Of a stretch of 64,000 nt of DNA, positions 1 through 16,459 are shown one piece after another. The position numbers were made by a program, and so were the translations under genes. The DNA is from the human T2T-CHM13v2.0 reference genome, Homo sapiens. The notes below the pieces were generated by a model that made no database searches, was not told the origin of the DNA, and saw nothing but the letters and a program-made list of their open reading frames with translations. Position 1 is the first letter of the stretch. Each line of letters opens with the position of its first letter. The stretch lies in NCBI RefSeq assembly GCF_009914755.1, contig NC_060948.1; one strand, written 5' to 3'.

Positions 1-75
1 TCACTTTTTAATAATTGCCATTCTGACTGGCGTGAGATGGTCTCTCATTGTGGTTTTGATTTGCATTCCTCTAAT
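1..75 (-). mobile_element. L1 ORF2 3' fragment
   Basis: gccattctgactggcgtgagatgg...gttttgatttgcatt. Confidence 0.7.
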
Positions 76-364
76 CGGACCATATCCTATCTTCTTGCAA
101 GTACATCTTCTTGTTACAATGAGCTGCCTCCCAAAGTTCCTTCCAAAGATGTCCAATATTATGTCAGAAATGGGGTATTAAGTCCCATCTTTATCATCAC
201 CCACCTTCAAATATAACTGAACTCATGAAGACGTATTCACTGAGCATCTATGGTGGGTCACACTAACCACCCTCAGAGAGCTAGTCAAACAGAGCAATAT
301 CCTGCCACATATAATCAAATAGCAAATATATTCACTGAAGATATTGGTCAATGACAAAAAAATG

Positions 365-567
<203 letters not shown>

Positions 568-604
568 TTAAACACGCACACACAGACACACACAAAAACA
601 CAAA

Positions 605-870
605 ACATCAGTTAGACAGGATGCATAAATTCAATAGATCTATTTTACAGCATGATGACCACAGTACATAACAATATATTGTATTGTTGGCAAACGGTGA
701 AGACATTCACCGTTAAATGAAAATTACTAAGAGAGTAGATTTTAAGTGTTCTCACCACGTAAACATAACTGTGTTAGGGAATGTTAATTAGCTCAATTTA
801 GCCATTCCACAATAGATATATGTATCACAACATCATAAATACATATAATATTTGATTTGTCAATTAAAAA
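605..870 (+). mobile_element. Old L1M 3' end
   Basis: gagagtagattttaagtgttctcaccac signature. Confidence 0.7.
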
Positions 871-877
871 AGATTAT

Positions 878-1170
878 GCTAGCTGGAAACAGTGGCTCAT
901 GCCTGTAATCCAGCACTTTGGGAGGCCGAGGCAGGTGGATTGCCTGAGCTCAGGAGTTCGAGACCAGCCTGGGCAACATGGTGAAACCCTGTCTCTACTA
1001 AAATACAAAAAAATTAGCCAGGGATGCTGGCATGTGCCTGTAGTCCCAGCTACTCGTGAGGCTGAGGCAGAAGTGCTTGAATGCTTGAGGCAGAGGCTGC
1101 AGTGAGCCAAGGTCTCACCACTGCACTCCAGCCTGGGCAACAGAGTAAGACTCTGTCTCCAAAAAAAAAA
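878..1170 (+). mobile_element. AluS
   Basis: Full dimer with A tail. Confidence 0.9.
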
Positions 1171-1296
1171 GAAAAGTCAATATAAATGTGTTTTAAAGTA
1201 AAAAAAAAAAAAAAAGAATATAGAGAAAAAAAGAGCATGGAAATATTGAAAATAATAAATAAAATAATGTATTTTAATTGAAATGCATAATTTACA

Positions 1297-1410
1297 AGCC
1301 AGGCACTGGTCCCAACTATTCAGGAGACCAAGGCAGGAGGATCTTTTGACCCCAGGAGTTTGAGCTTATCCTGGGCAACACAGCAAGACCCCATCTCTAA
1401 AAAAGAAAAA
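1297..1410 (+). mobile_element. Alu monomer (FLAM-like)
   Basis: Left-arm similarity with A tail. Confidence 0.7.
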
Positions 1411-1454
1411 GATGAATAATTTATAATTCCTACATCTACATTGTTTCTGTTTTG

Positions 1455-1744
1455 TTTTGTTTGAGATGGAGTTTTGCTTGGTCACCCAGGCTGGAGTGCA
1501 ATGACACCATCTTAGCTGACTTCATCCTCTGCCTCCCAAGTTCAAGTGATTCTCCTACTTCAGCCTTCCAAGTAGCTGGGACTTCACTTGCCTGCCACCA
1601 TACCTGGGTAATTTTTGTACTTTTAGTAGAGATGGGATTTCACCATGTTGACCAGGCTGGTCTCAAACTCCTGACTTCAAGTGATCCACCTTCCTCAGCC
1701 TCCCAAAGTGCCGGGATTATAGGCATAAGCCACTGCTCCTGGCC
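1455..1744 (-). mobile_element. AluS
   Basis: Full dimer. Confidence 0.9.
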
Positions 1745-1918
1745 CCAAAATTCCTTTATCTACATTGTTGAATGGGGCAATGACAGGGAAACCAGCTGTA
1801 GCCCAATTCAAGATTGGATTGCTTAAATTGGGAGGCATCATCCCAATTAGTGACTTAACACAATCAATAGCACTCTTATATTTCTGTAAGTCAGAAGTTC
1901 TTAATGGGTCTTACAGGC

Positions 1919-2663
1919 TGTTCTAACATTGCTATGAAGAACTACCTGAGACTGGGTAATTTATAAAGAAAAGAGGTTTAATTGACTCATGATTCTGCAG
2001 GCTGTACAGGAGGCATGGCTGGGGAGGCCTAGGGAAACGTACAATCCTGGCAGAAGGCGAAGAGGAAGGAGGCACATTCTGTATGGCTGGAGAAGGAAGA
2101 AGAGAGCAAAGGTGGAGGTGCCACACACTTTTAAACAATCAGATCTTGGGAGAACTCATTCACTATCATGATAACAGAAAGGGGGAAGTCTGCCCTTATG
2201 ATTCAACTACCTGCCACCAGGCCCCTCGTCCAACATCACGGATTACCATTCAACAGCAGACTTGGGTGGCAATATGGTTTGGCTGTGTCCCCACCCAAAT
2301 CTCTTCTTGAACTGTAGTTCCCATAATCTCCAGGTGTCATGGGAGGGAACCAGTGGGAGGTAATTGAATCATGGGGGCAGTTACCTCCGTGCTGTTCTCA
2401 TGATAGCGAGTGACTTCTCATGAGATCTGATGCTTTTATAAGGGACTTTGCCCCGCTTCACTCTGCACTTCTCCTGACCGTAGCCACGTGAAGGATGGCT
2501 TCCCCTTCCACCATGATTGTAAGTTTCCTGAAGCCCCCAGCCATGCTGACCTGTGAGTCAATTAAACATCTTTCCTTTATGAATTACCCAGTCTTGGGTA
2601 TGTCTTTATTAGCAGTGTGAGAAGGAACTGATACAGGTGGGGACAAAAATTCACATCACATCA
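1919..2663 (-). mobile_element. MSTA-like MaLR LTR, split by THE1
   Basis: ctgagactgggtaatttataaagaaaagaggtttaattgactca signature. Confidence 0.85.
2270..2635 (+). mobile_element. THE1C/D-like LTR
   Basis: atatggtttggctgtgtccccacccaaatc...aactgataca; GGTGG TSD (2265-2269 / 2636-2640). Confidence 0.88.
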
Positions 2664-3247
2664 TAGGCTGAAACCAAGATGTGGGCAAAACTGGTTCTTT
2701 CTGGAAGCTCTAGGGGTAAAATTAATTTCCTTAGCTTTCCCATATTCTGGAAACCACCCACATCCCTTGGCTCACGGCCCCTTCCTTTATCTCCAAAGCA
2801 CATCATTCCACCTCTGCTTCCATCCTCATGTCTTCGTCTCTGACTCTGACCTCCTACTTCCCTCTTATAAGGATGCCTGTGATGACATTGGACATATGTG
2901 GATTATCCACGATCATCCCCCAATCTCAATATCCTTAACTTTGTCACATCTGCAAAGTCCCTTTGACTATGTAAGGGAATGTAGCCACTAGTTCCAGGGA
3001 TTAGGGTATGGATGTCCTTCAGTAACATTATTCTGCCAACATCACCAAGCTTCTGTGTGGAAGTCCGCTCTCTATGGGGGTAATGCTTCCAGCCCTTGGT
3101 CAAGGACCACAGAATGCCTCTCATTAGTTTCTTCCTGCATCTCCACCTTCCCAAGAACAGGCAGTTTCCATCAGCAGTGATGACACAAGTCTATCTCATT
3201 GCTTTTCAGCTCTCCAGCGGGCAATTCTAAGCTCTCAAAAAAATTCT

Positions 3248-3252
<5 letters not shown>

Positions 3253-3285
<33 letters not shown>

Positions 3286-3566
3286 AGGCAGAGTCTCACT
3301 GTGTCACCCAGGCTAGAGTGCCATGGTGTGATCTCAGCTCACTGCAAGCTCTTCCTCCCGGGTTCATGCCATTCTCCTGCCTCAGCCTCCTGAGTAGCTG
3401 GGACTATAGGTGCCTGCTACCATGCTTGGCTAATTTTTTGGTATTTTTAGTAGAGATGGGGTTTCACTATGTTAAACAGGATGGTCTCAAGCTCCTAACC
3501 TCATGATCTGCCTGCCTCAGCTTCCCAAAGTGCTGGGATTACAGATGTGAGCCACTGCGCCCAGCC
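3253..3566 (-). mobile_element. AluY-like
   Basis: gcaagctc...ttcatgccattctcc diagnostics, long T tail. Confidence 0.88.
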
Positions 3567-3694
3567 AATTCTTTCTTCTTTTTAACCTAGCAAACTCAGC
3601 TATTATTTTTGACAACATAGAAAAAAAATCAATCGACCTGTATTGTTTAATTATTTAATCAAAATTTAAAGTGGATAAGATACCTCTTTTTGGG

Positions 3695-3972
3695 GTAGGG
3701 GACAAGGTCTTGCTCTGTCACCCAGGCTGGAGTGCGGTGGTGTGATCATAGCTCACTGCAGCTGTGACTTCCTGAGATCCTTCCACCTCAGCCTCCCAAC
3801 TAGCTGGGACCAGAGATACACACCACCATGCCCTGCTAATTTTTGTATTTTTTGTAGACACAGAGTTTTACCATGTTGCCCAGGCTGTCTCAAGACTCCT
3901 GAGCTCAAGCAATCCACCCGCCTCAGTCTCCCAAAATGCTGGGATTACAGGCATGAGCCACCAAGCCCAACC
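3695..3972 (-). mobile_element. AluJ
   Basis: Alu consensus similarity. Confidence 0.85.
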
Positions 3973-4059
3973 AAGAAAACTTTCAAATATTCATTTACAC
4001 ATGGAATGCTGTCAGAGTCTAAATTTCAAAATTAAATTTAAAGTTGTCCTCTAAGCTGT

Positions 4060-4650
4060 TACTAAAAGTTAAAAAAAAAATCAGATGCTGGCAAAGCTGC
4101 AGAGAAAAGACGACATTTATAGACTGTTGATGGGAGCATAAATTAGTTCAGCCACTGTGGAAAACAGTCTGGAGATTTCCCAAAGGACTTAAAACATAAC
4201 CACCATTTGACCCCGAAATCTCACTACTGGGTATATACCCAAAGGAATATAAATCATTCTACCATGAAGACACATGTACATGTATGTTCACTGCAGCACT
4301 ATTCATAATAGCAAAGACATGGAATCAACCAAAATGCCCATAAATGACAGATTGTATAAAGGAAACATGGTACATACACACCATGGAAAACTATGCAGCC
4401 ATGAAAAAGAAGGAAATCACATCCTTTGCAGCAACCTGGATGCAGCTGGAGGCCATTATCCTAAGCAAATTCAGGCAGGATCTGAATGCCAAATACTGCA
4501 TGTTCTCACTTCTAACTAGGAACTAAACATTTAGTTCACATGGACACAAAGAAGGGTACGATAGATACTAGGGCCTACTTGAGGGTTTAGGGTAGGAGGA
4601 GAATGAATATTGAAAAACTGCCTATCCAGTATTATGCTGATTACCTACAT
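4060..4650 (+). mobile_element. L1PB/L1MA ORF2 end and 3' UTR
   Basis: ORF track WYIHTMENYAAMKKKEI. Confidence 0.85.
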
Positions 4651-4654
4651 ACCA

Positions 4655-5099
<445 letters not shown>

Positions 5100-5334
5100 A
5101 ACTGGCCTCTAATGATAGACATACAAAGCTCAAAAGATGAAGCAGGACCTCAAGTTTATGTCTTGTCCTCAATGTTCCATCCTATTTTTTTTTACTGGGA
5201 TCTACTTTATATTTTAAAATAATGTATTTGTCCAGAAATTTCTTGTGCTTCTTAACTTTAGATGGTATCTATTAACTTTCTGTTTGTAGGATGATGGCTT
5301 TTGGTTTTTTGCCCAATCACTATTCCTCAAGTGC

Positions 5335-5336
<2 letters not shown>

Positions 5337-5372
<36 letters not shown>
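5337..5372. repeat. (AC)n microsatellite
   Basis: Perfect dinucleotide run. Confidence 0.95.
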
Positions 5373-5374
<2 letters not shown>

Positions 5375-6274
5375 TCTTTCTATTCAGCTTCCTGATATGG
5401 CTACATCACCAATGTTTACTAAATGAATACTCAAGCTTACATTATGTGAGTTATCTAAATATTGAGATGTGCCTAACATTCCTTCCTTGTATATATTCTT
5501 GAATTTCCTAAGCTTGCTTCCTGTTCATGGCTTGCCTTTTAAAATTCTTTTCACAGACTTATTATGAGACTGAAAATCCCTTCCAAACACTGTTAACACC
5601 TAAGGTAGTCACATCATGATGGTGAACACAGCCTCCTGGGACCCTACAACTTCCTTCTCCAACCTGAACTCAAGGCTTTCTAAGACACCCCCAGAGCTAT
5701 TGTCCCTAGGACATCCCATTTCCAAACAGCCTGGGTTTGTAGCTTGGGTTGCTTCTTCTGGTATCCTAATCAGATAAGTCTGCCTCTCTGCAGCTCAGTT
5801 TCCATGACTGGTTGGAAAATGAGAATAATAATAGTCATGTGCATTAAATGTGGTTGTGGTTGTAAAATGTTAAGGCTAGCTCCCTACTCACTGTGTGCAG
5901 GATGTTATTTTTATGGTCATCCTGAAAATTCCCCCAAAATTTCTTCATGTTAGCCATGTCAGTTCCTGAATTCCTCATGCTCAAATTGCCCTCATTTTCT
6001 CAAATCCAGTTTTCTAAGACATTACCAGCAGGAGTGCATGGGGGTTACCATTATAAGGCATTCTGCAGCTACATGAGCTCCAGCCTTCATGCTCAGCCCC
6101 TCATGTGGCATGGCTGGGTTGTGTATGCAATCCTAGCCACTTCCCTGCAAAACAGCAAAGGCATCATTGTTAATGTTGAGTTTCCAGTGCTACTGAGCCT
6201 AAGACAACATCCAATCCCCTTTTCATGTCTCCAAGTTTTGCATCTATCTCTCTCATTTTCTCTCTCCTTTTTTC

Positions 6275-6575
6275 TTTTTTTTTTTGTTTGTTTTTTTACA
6301 GAGTCTTGTTCTGTTGCCCAGCCTGGAGTGCAGTTGTGTGATCACAGCTTACTGTAACCACTGCCTCCTGGGTTCAGGTGATTTTCCTGCTTCAGCCTCC
6401 CAAATAGCTGGGATTACAGGCACATGCTACCACAGCCAGCCTTTTTGTATTTTTCAGTAGAGATGGGGTTTCACCATGTTGGCCAGGCTGGTCTCAATCT
6501 CCTGACCCCAAGTGATCCACCCACCTTGGCTTCCCAAAATGCCAGGACTACAGGCTTGAGCCATGACACCCAGCC
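6275..6575 (-). mobile_element. AluS
   Basis: Full dimer. Confidence 0.88.
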
Positions 6576-6577
6576 TT

Positions 6578-6895
6578 TCATTTTATCTCTCACTCTCTTT
6601 CTTTCTCTTATTTTTTTTTCATTCTCTGTCTCTCTCCCACTCTTTCTCTCATTCTCCCTCCCACTCTCTCTGTCTCTCTTCTTTTGCATAACTCCGTCAT
6701 TCTCTTTCTCTCTCATTCTCTCTCCCATGATCTCTTTCTCTCTCTCTCTCTCTCCCTCTCTCTCTCTTTTTGGATGACTATCATTCTCTCTCTCTCATTC
6801 TTTCTCCCACTTAGTTTTCTCTCTCTCTCTCTTTTTGCATGACTGTCATTCTCTCTCTCTTTGTCACTCTCTCTCTCTGTGTGTGTCTTTCCCCC
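6578..6895. repeat. CT-rich low-complexity tract
   Basis: Degenerate (CT)n. Confidence 0.9.
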
Positions 6896-7048
6896 TCCAC
6901 CTCCCTAGCCCCCACTATTCTAGAGTCTTTTCTCTTCACCCTTCACACACTGAAATGTCACAACAACACGAGCCTTTTTCCTCCCAATCTCCTGGGGACC
7001 CAGAAAGTTAGAGGTTCTCCTATACTTGAATAAAACATTCTCATTTCA

Positions 7049-7661
<613 letters not shown>

Positions 7662-8222
7662 ATTCTCATTTCAAGCCTTTTATGCCCTCTTTTCTCACAC
7701 ACAGAAGCAAGTTTGGTTTCATTTCTCTAATTTTTGATGCAGCTTGTTTAAGCAGTAGGAGCGATACCTGGACACTAGATGCTAATTAACATTGGCATTG
7801 ATGAGCCATGTGTGCCTACTTAATGAACACATTCTGATCGCTCCTGTTTTGAGACAGTGTGCTGACAGTCAGAAATGAAAAGGCTGAGGGAAACATTATA
7901 TTTTCCTTTCCAGGTCATATCACCTAATGGGAAATGCAGGCTTATAAACGAAGAACTAGGACTTACTGTTAGACATAGCAGATTTCACAAAGTTGTTAAT
8001 CTTTGCCCCGTGTGTGTGTGTGTCTGTGTGCATGCGTGTGCATGTTTGTGTGTGTGTGTATGCATGCGCACATGGGTGTCTGTCCCTCTTTTTCTCCTTT
8101 TACCCCTCCTCAAAATGGATGTAGGCTGGAATTATAAGGAAAACAAAGGACAAAGAGAATGTGTGAGAATACAGCAGACAAAAGATGAGGATGACCTTTA
8201 GAAGGCTTGGAGGCAAGTGGGT

Positions 8223-8560
8223 GCTGTGGTCTGAATGTGTGTGACCCACAAAATTCCTATGTTGAAATGCTAATCCTCAAGGACATGATGTTAGGAGGTG
8301 GAGCTTTAGGGAGGTGATGAGGTTGTTAGGGTGGAGACTCATGAAAGGGATCAGTTCCCTTAGAAAATGGGCCCCAGAGAACTCCCTCACCCTTCCACCA
8401 TGTGAAGACACAGTAAGATGGTGCTGTCCATGAACCAGGAAGTGGGTCCCCACCAGACACTGAATCTGCCACACCCTCATCCTGGACCTCCAGCCTCTGG
8501 AACTGTGAGCAATAAACATCTGTGGTCTATAAGCCCCCCAGCCCAAATGGACAAAAAATC
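8223..8560 (+). mobile_element. MLT1A-like MaLR LTR
   Basis: tgctgtggtctgaatgtgtg...aaattcctatgttgaaat. Confidence 0.8.
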
Positions 8561-8675
8561 TAGCTAGTAGTTACTGTCATGGCAGGCAGGAGGGAGATAG
8601 AGGCAATGAACTCATGGCAATACACAGGAGAAGCCAACAAGAACCCTCAGAACTCTTAAAAATCTCAGGAATTGG

Positions 8676-8967
8676 GGCCAGGCTCAGTGGCTCATGCCTG
8701 TAATCCCAGCACTTTGGGAAGCCGAGGCGGTGGATCACCTGAGGTCAGGAGTTCGAGACCACCCTGGCCAACATGGTGAAACCCTATCTCTACTACAAAA
8801 TTTGCCAGGCATGGTGGTGCATGCCTATAATCTGAGCTATATGGGAGGCTGAGGTAGGAAAGTCACCTGAACTCCATAGGTGGAGGTTGTGGAGAGCCGA
8901 GATCGTGCCATTACACTCACTCCAACCTGGGCAACAAGAGTGAAACTCTGTCTAAAAAAAAAAAAAA
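8676..8967 (+). mobile_element. AluS
   Basis: Full dimer with A tail. Confidence 0.9.
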
Positions 8968-9281
8968 TTCAGGAATGGGAGGCAGCAGGTGTCTCTCAAG
9001 GTGCAGACACAGGCAGGGCTGGAGACAGGAACTCTGCACAGCAGTGCTTGGCAGAAGAATTCTCCTACTCCTTTCAGCTAGATGAACACATCTCAACAAC
9101 TTGGACAAACTTACTTGTAATTTTAATCAGTGGTGACTAAGCAAAGACCTAGATTCATGGATGACACTCCCAAATATGTACTCCAAAGAAATAAAAGCAG
9201 TGAGACACAAACCAGTATATATTCACTCATGTTCATAGCAGGGACTGAGTAGCACACTACAGTGTTCACTACACCAGGGAT

Positions 9282-9282
<1 letters not shown>

Positions 9283-9344
<62 letters not shown>
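9283..9344. repeat. Compound (CT)n(AT)n microsatellite
   Basis: Direct reading. Confidence 0.95.
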
Positions 9345-9348
<4 letters not shown>

Positions 9349-9376
9349 AGATGGAGTCTCGCTCTGTTGCCCAATA

Positions 9377-10232
<856 letters not shown>

Positions 10233-10318
10233 TTATATTTTTCACCAACAGAACCACAAAGCTTTTCTGAGAAATTCATTGCGTGATGAAGTCTGTAATA
10301 TCTAAGAAATATTATTCT

Positions 10319-10620
10319 GGGGCGGGTGTGGTAGCTCGTGCCTGTAATCCCAGCAGTTTAGAAGGCCGAGGCAGGTGGATCACAACGTCAGGAGTTTGAG
10401 ATCAGCCTGACCAACATGGTGAAACCCTGTCTCTACTAAAAATGCAAAAACTACCTGGGCGTGGCGGTGGGTACCTGTAATCTCAGCTACTCAGGAGGCT
10501 GAGGTAAGAGAATCGCTTGAACCTGAGAGGCGGAGTTTGCAGTGAGCCGAGTTCACGTCATTGCACTCCAGCCTGAGTGACAGAGTGAGACACCATCTCA
10601 AAAAAACAAACAAACAAAAA
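10319..10620 (+). mobile_element. AluS
   Basis: Full dimer. Confidence 0.9.
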
Positions 10621-11154
10621 GATTCTGGAAGCTGTCTTTGAAGGGTGGGGTTGACACTTTAAAGAGAAAGCTACAGGAAGGGTATGCTAAGTCTGTGGTT
10701 ATGGGCTGAAGCAGTCCTGGGCAGGAGATGTGTGACACAGATAAAGACAGAAAAGGCTCAACCATGATGGTGCTGATAAAAGCAAAGTCAAGAGGATGTG
10801 GTGACCAATTCTGCTTTGTAAAAAACAAGAGGAAGATAAAGATGACATCCAAATTTGTGCTTGAGAGGACTAAATATAAATATACACTTAAAAATATGAA
10901 TATAGTGTATATATATATATATATAATATATGTGTATATATACATATATACAGACAGAACAAAGAAGATTAGATTGGTTGGGAATAGTATAGAAATGAAT
11001 TCACTTTTTATAACTTTTACTCTATAAAATGCATTTTAGACTCTGAGATTTTACAAGGAAATAGTAAGAATTAAGGAAGTCTTTAAAGTACCACTTGAAA
11101 ATCATGTTATATTGCAAGTACTGCACTGGCTTTAATATTGAAGACTCTTGTGTC

Positions 11155-11396
11155 TTTTCCTTCCTTCCTTGCTTGCTTCCTTCCTTCTTCTCTCCCTCCC
11201 TTTTCCTTCCTTCTTTTTCTTTTCTTCCTTCCTTTCTCCTTTTCTTTCTTTTTTGTTTCTTTCCTTCTCTCTTTCTTCCTTTCTCTCCCTTTCTTTCTTT
11301 CTTTCTTTTTCTTTCTTTTCTCTTTCCTTTCTTCCTTCTTTCCTTCCTTTCTCATTTCCTCTCTTCCTCTCTTTCTTTTCTCTCTCTCTGTCTCTC
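11155..11396. repeat. Polypyrimidine (TTCC/TTTC)n tract
   Basis: Almost pure C/T strand. Confidence 0.92.
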
Positions 11397-11990
11397 ACCT
11401 CGACCTCCCTGCTCGAGATGTCTTTGAACCTCCACCTGCTGAGTAGGTGGGACTACAGTCATGTGCCACCATGCCTGGCTCATTTTTGTATTTTTTGTAA
11501 AGATGAGGTGTCATTACATTGCCCAGGCTGGTCTCAAACTCCTGGGCTCAAGCAATCCTCCCACCTTGGCCTCCTAAATTTCTGGGATTATAACATGAGC
11601 CACTGTGTCTAGCTAAGACTATCATTTCTTACCAAGACCTGATAGTATGTCTTATTTTGGTTATTAGTTAAATTTTAGGTTATTCCATTAATACATGAAA
11701 ATAATTAAAATGGATGGCCATGTGCAGTTGCTCACATCTGTAGTCTCAGCATTTTGGGAGGCTGAAGTGGGTACATTGCTTGAGCCCAAGAGTTCAAGAT
11801 CAGCCTGGACAATATAGCAAGACCTCATCTCTACAGAAATATTTTTAAAATAGCCAGGTGTGGTGGTGCATGCCTGTAGTCTCAACTACTGAGGAGGCTG
11901 AAGTGGGAGGACCATCTGTGCCCAGGAGGTACAGGCTGCACTCCAGCCTGGGTGACAGAGTAAGACCCTGTCTCAAAAATAAATAAATAA
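11395..11990. mobile_element. AluJ (-, 11395-11613) and AluJ (+, 11715-11990)
   Basis: Alu consensus similarity. Confidence 0.82.
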
Positions 11991-12629
11991 ATGGACACAC
12001 CAAATAATAAGTGGGTTCATTCTTAAAAGGACAAGATATTTTAAATTAGCTTCACATGATATGAAGTCTAGTTTTGTTCTTGTGTAGAGAAAGGTCAAAG
12101 TTAACACCTTTGAGAGATGTCCACTGGTATATAGTATGTGTTGCTTCACAAAGCCAGGGGGCCACGGGAGAGAAATGTAAAAAGAAAAAAAAAAATAAGC
12201 TGGTTCTCTACTATCCTATCACTAACTGTAATTCTGTATTTTCTTCATGAATATTTCTGTTCCTGGTCTGTTCCAGTTCTGAAATTCTGATTAACTTCTT
12301 GATGCAATCACGTGATATCAAAATTGCTGAAAAAGTCCCACCACTACAGTGTAAATAAATCAGCTAGTAGAATTATTTTCTTTTCCTTTCACGCTTGGAA
12401 GACTATATCATATTTTGTACAGTTCAAGAATAATAGAACAAACACTCATGTACAGTGCAATTTAGATCAAAACATGCATCCCATACCTTAAAAGTGTCTT
12501 CTGTGCCTCTTTCAAACAAAAATTTATGTTAACTATTTGTTATTCAACAATTTTATATATAGTTTAGTGATGTGTCTCATCTGTACACTGTATATTATGT
12601 TGTCCATGTGTGCTTTTGTTTTGTGTTGT

Positions 12630-13164
<535 letters not shown>

Positions 13165-13174
13165 TGTGTGTTTT

Positions 13175-14420
13175 TTTTAATAGATTTTATTTTTTAGAGC
13201 AGTTTTAGATTGACAGCAAAATTGAGAGGAAGGTACAGAGAGTTCCATGGACCCCCTACCCTGAACATGCATCACCTCCCCTGCTGTCTGTAGCAGCTGA
13301 TGAACCGGCATTGACACATCATTGACACCAGAGCCCATCGTTAACCTTCGGGTTCACGCTTGGTGGCGGACATTCTGTGGGTTTGGATAAATGTATAATA
13401 GCATGGATATACCATTATAGTGTCACACAGAGGAGTTTCACTACACTAAAAATCCTCTATACTGCGCCTATTCATTCCTACATCCTGGCAACCACTGATC
13501 TTTTTACTGTCTCCTTAGTTTTGCCTTTTCTGGAATGTTCTGCAGTTAGAATTGCATGTAGCCTTTTCAGATTGTCTCCTTTCACTTAGTAATGTCTGAC
13601 TTATAGCTCATTTCTTTCCTTCCTTCCCTTCCTCCCTCCCTTCGTTCCTTCCTTCCTTTCCTTCTTTCCTTCTTTCTTTCCACAGAGTCTCGCTCCATTG
13701 GCCAGGCTGGAGTGTAGTGGTGGAATAATAGCTCACTGCAGCCTTGACCTCCTACACTTAAGCAATCCTCTTATCTCAGCCTCCTCAGTAGCTGGGACTA
13801 CAGGTACACACTACCACAACCAGCTAATTTTTAAATTTTTTGTAAAAACAGGATCTCACTATGTTGCCCAGGCTAATCTTTAATTCCTGGGCTTAAGGGA
13901 TTGTCCCTTGGCCTCCCAAAGTGCTGGCACTACAGGCACAAGCCACCACATCTAACCCTTATTTATTTATTTTTTTATTATATTTTTTCTCATTCTTGCT
14001 GCCATCTTACTCATTTATTTTTAGTGCTGAATGATATTCCATTACCTGGATGCATAGCGGTCTATTTGTCTATTCACCTACTGAAAGATGTCTTCCTTGC
14101 CTCTAAGTTTTGACGATGATAAACAAGGCTGTTGTAAACATCCATGTGCCAGTTTTCGTATGGACACAAGTTTTCAACTTTTTTGGGTAACCATTGAGAG
14201 TGATTGCTGGATCATATGCCAGGACATATTTAGTTTTGTAAGAAACTGCTGAACTGTCTTCCAAAGTGACTGCACCATTTTACATTCCCACCAGCCATGA
14301 ATGGGCATTCCTGTTGCTCCAGGACCATACCAGCCTTTGGTGATGTCAGTGTTCTGGCTTTTGGCCATTCTCACAGATGTGTATTGGTATCTCATTGTTG
14401 TTTTAATTTGTATTTCCCCA
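13175..14420 (-). mobile_element. L1MC/L1MB fragment interrupted by an Alu (13680-13955)
   Basis: gagcagttttagattgacagcaaaattgag 3' end; ORF2-like peptide at 14174-14503. Confidence 0.75.
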
Positions 14421-14628
14421 CTTTGTTTGTTTTTGGTCTTTGTATAAACATTGTGACATTGCACGGAGTTTTGTTTTTTCAAGCTGTCTATTTCCTTTGA
14501 CATTGTTTCTGAGAATTATGCCACTGAAGTGGTAGCTGTATTCCACGCTTGTTCTTTGCTGCATATTACTTCATGGTCTGAATATCCCACATTTTTTAAA
14601 AATCATGAACATTTGGATTGTTTCCCAT

Positions 14629-14989
14629 TGATATGGTTTGGCTGTATCCCTACTAAAATCTCATCTGGAATTGTAGTTCCCATAATTCCTGTGTGTTGGG
14701 GGAGGAAGCCAGTGGGAGATAACTGAATCATGGAGGCAGTTTCTCCTACACTGTTCTCATTGTAATGAATAAGTCTTAAGATATCTGATGGTTTTATAAG
14801 GGAAAAGCCTTTTACTTGGCTCTCATTCTCTCTTGCTTGCCACCATGTAAGATGTGACTTTTGCCTTCCACCAAGATTGTGAGGCCTCCCCAGCCATATG
14901 GAACTGTGAATCCAGTAAACCTTTTTTTCTTTATAAATTACCCAGTCTTGGATATGTCTTTATCTGTAGCATGGAAGTGGAATAATACA
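14629..14989 (+). mobile_element. THE1 LTR
   Basis: tgatatggtttggctgt...taataca. Confidence 0.88.
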
Positions 14990-15399
14990 ACCACCTTCTA
15001 ATACTATAAGCAATGACATTATAAGCAAGTTAATTTCATGTATATTTCTTACTACTCATTTGTATAATCTTTTGTATGGTAAGAAGCCAGAGTGGAACCG
15101 CTGTCTCATTTCCAAGTCCTCATCTTTACTAAGTAATTCCACGTGGTTTTTCAAAGCAGCAGCAATACTTTCCACATCTGCCAGCAGAGTATACATTCCA
15201 TTGCATCTCTCTCTGCTCAGCTTTGATACTGGGAGATAGCAATTGTCGTTTTAACTTTCCTTCCCTGACTGCTACTGAAGCTGAGCAGCTTTCATTTGTT
15301 ACTTTGTAATTTAGATTTCCTCTTCTGAATGTTCCTCCTTGAATTGTTCTTGATTTTTTAATATTACTTAATTTTATGTATTTATTTATTTAATTTATT

Positions 15400-16150
<751 letters not shown>

Positions 16151-16459
16151 TTAATTTGTAGATATTTAAAGTACAATCATAGATTGTCTATTGTTGAAAC
16201 TTGCTTAACATTTGTACCTCACAAAGGATGAGACTGGTCTATAACTTCTTTTCCCATGCTTTCTTTGTTGTGTTTGCTGAGTTTGAATATCAGATTATTC
16301 TTGGCCTCAAAATAGTTTGCAGATATTGTTTCTTTTTGTTTTGTCTGGAGGAATTTAAATAATACTTGAATTTACTGCTGCCTGATAATACCAGATAGGT
16401 CTAGCATTTTCTTGGTGAGAAGTTTTTTAACCACTCACTCAATGTATTAAATTTCTTCA

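Larger units (their letters stand above)
1850..3045 (-). mobile_element. MLT1 (MaLR) LTR hosting MST and THE1 insertions
   Basis: MLT1D/E-like sequence at 1850-1918 and 2665-3045. Confidence 0.75.

Noticed and set aside
11095-11612. Phe/Leu/Ser-rich and Lys/Arg/Glu-rich ORFs
   Set aside because: Translations of a polypyrimidine microsatellite.
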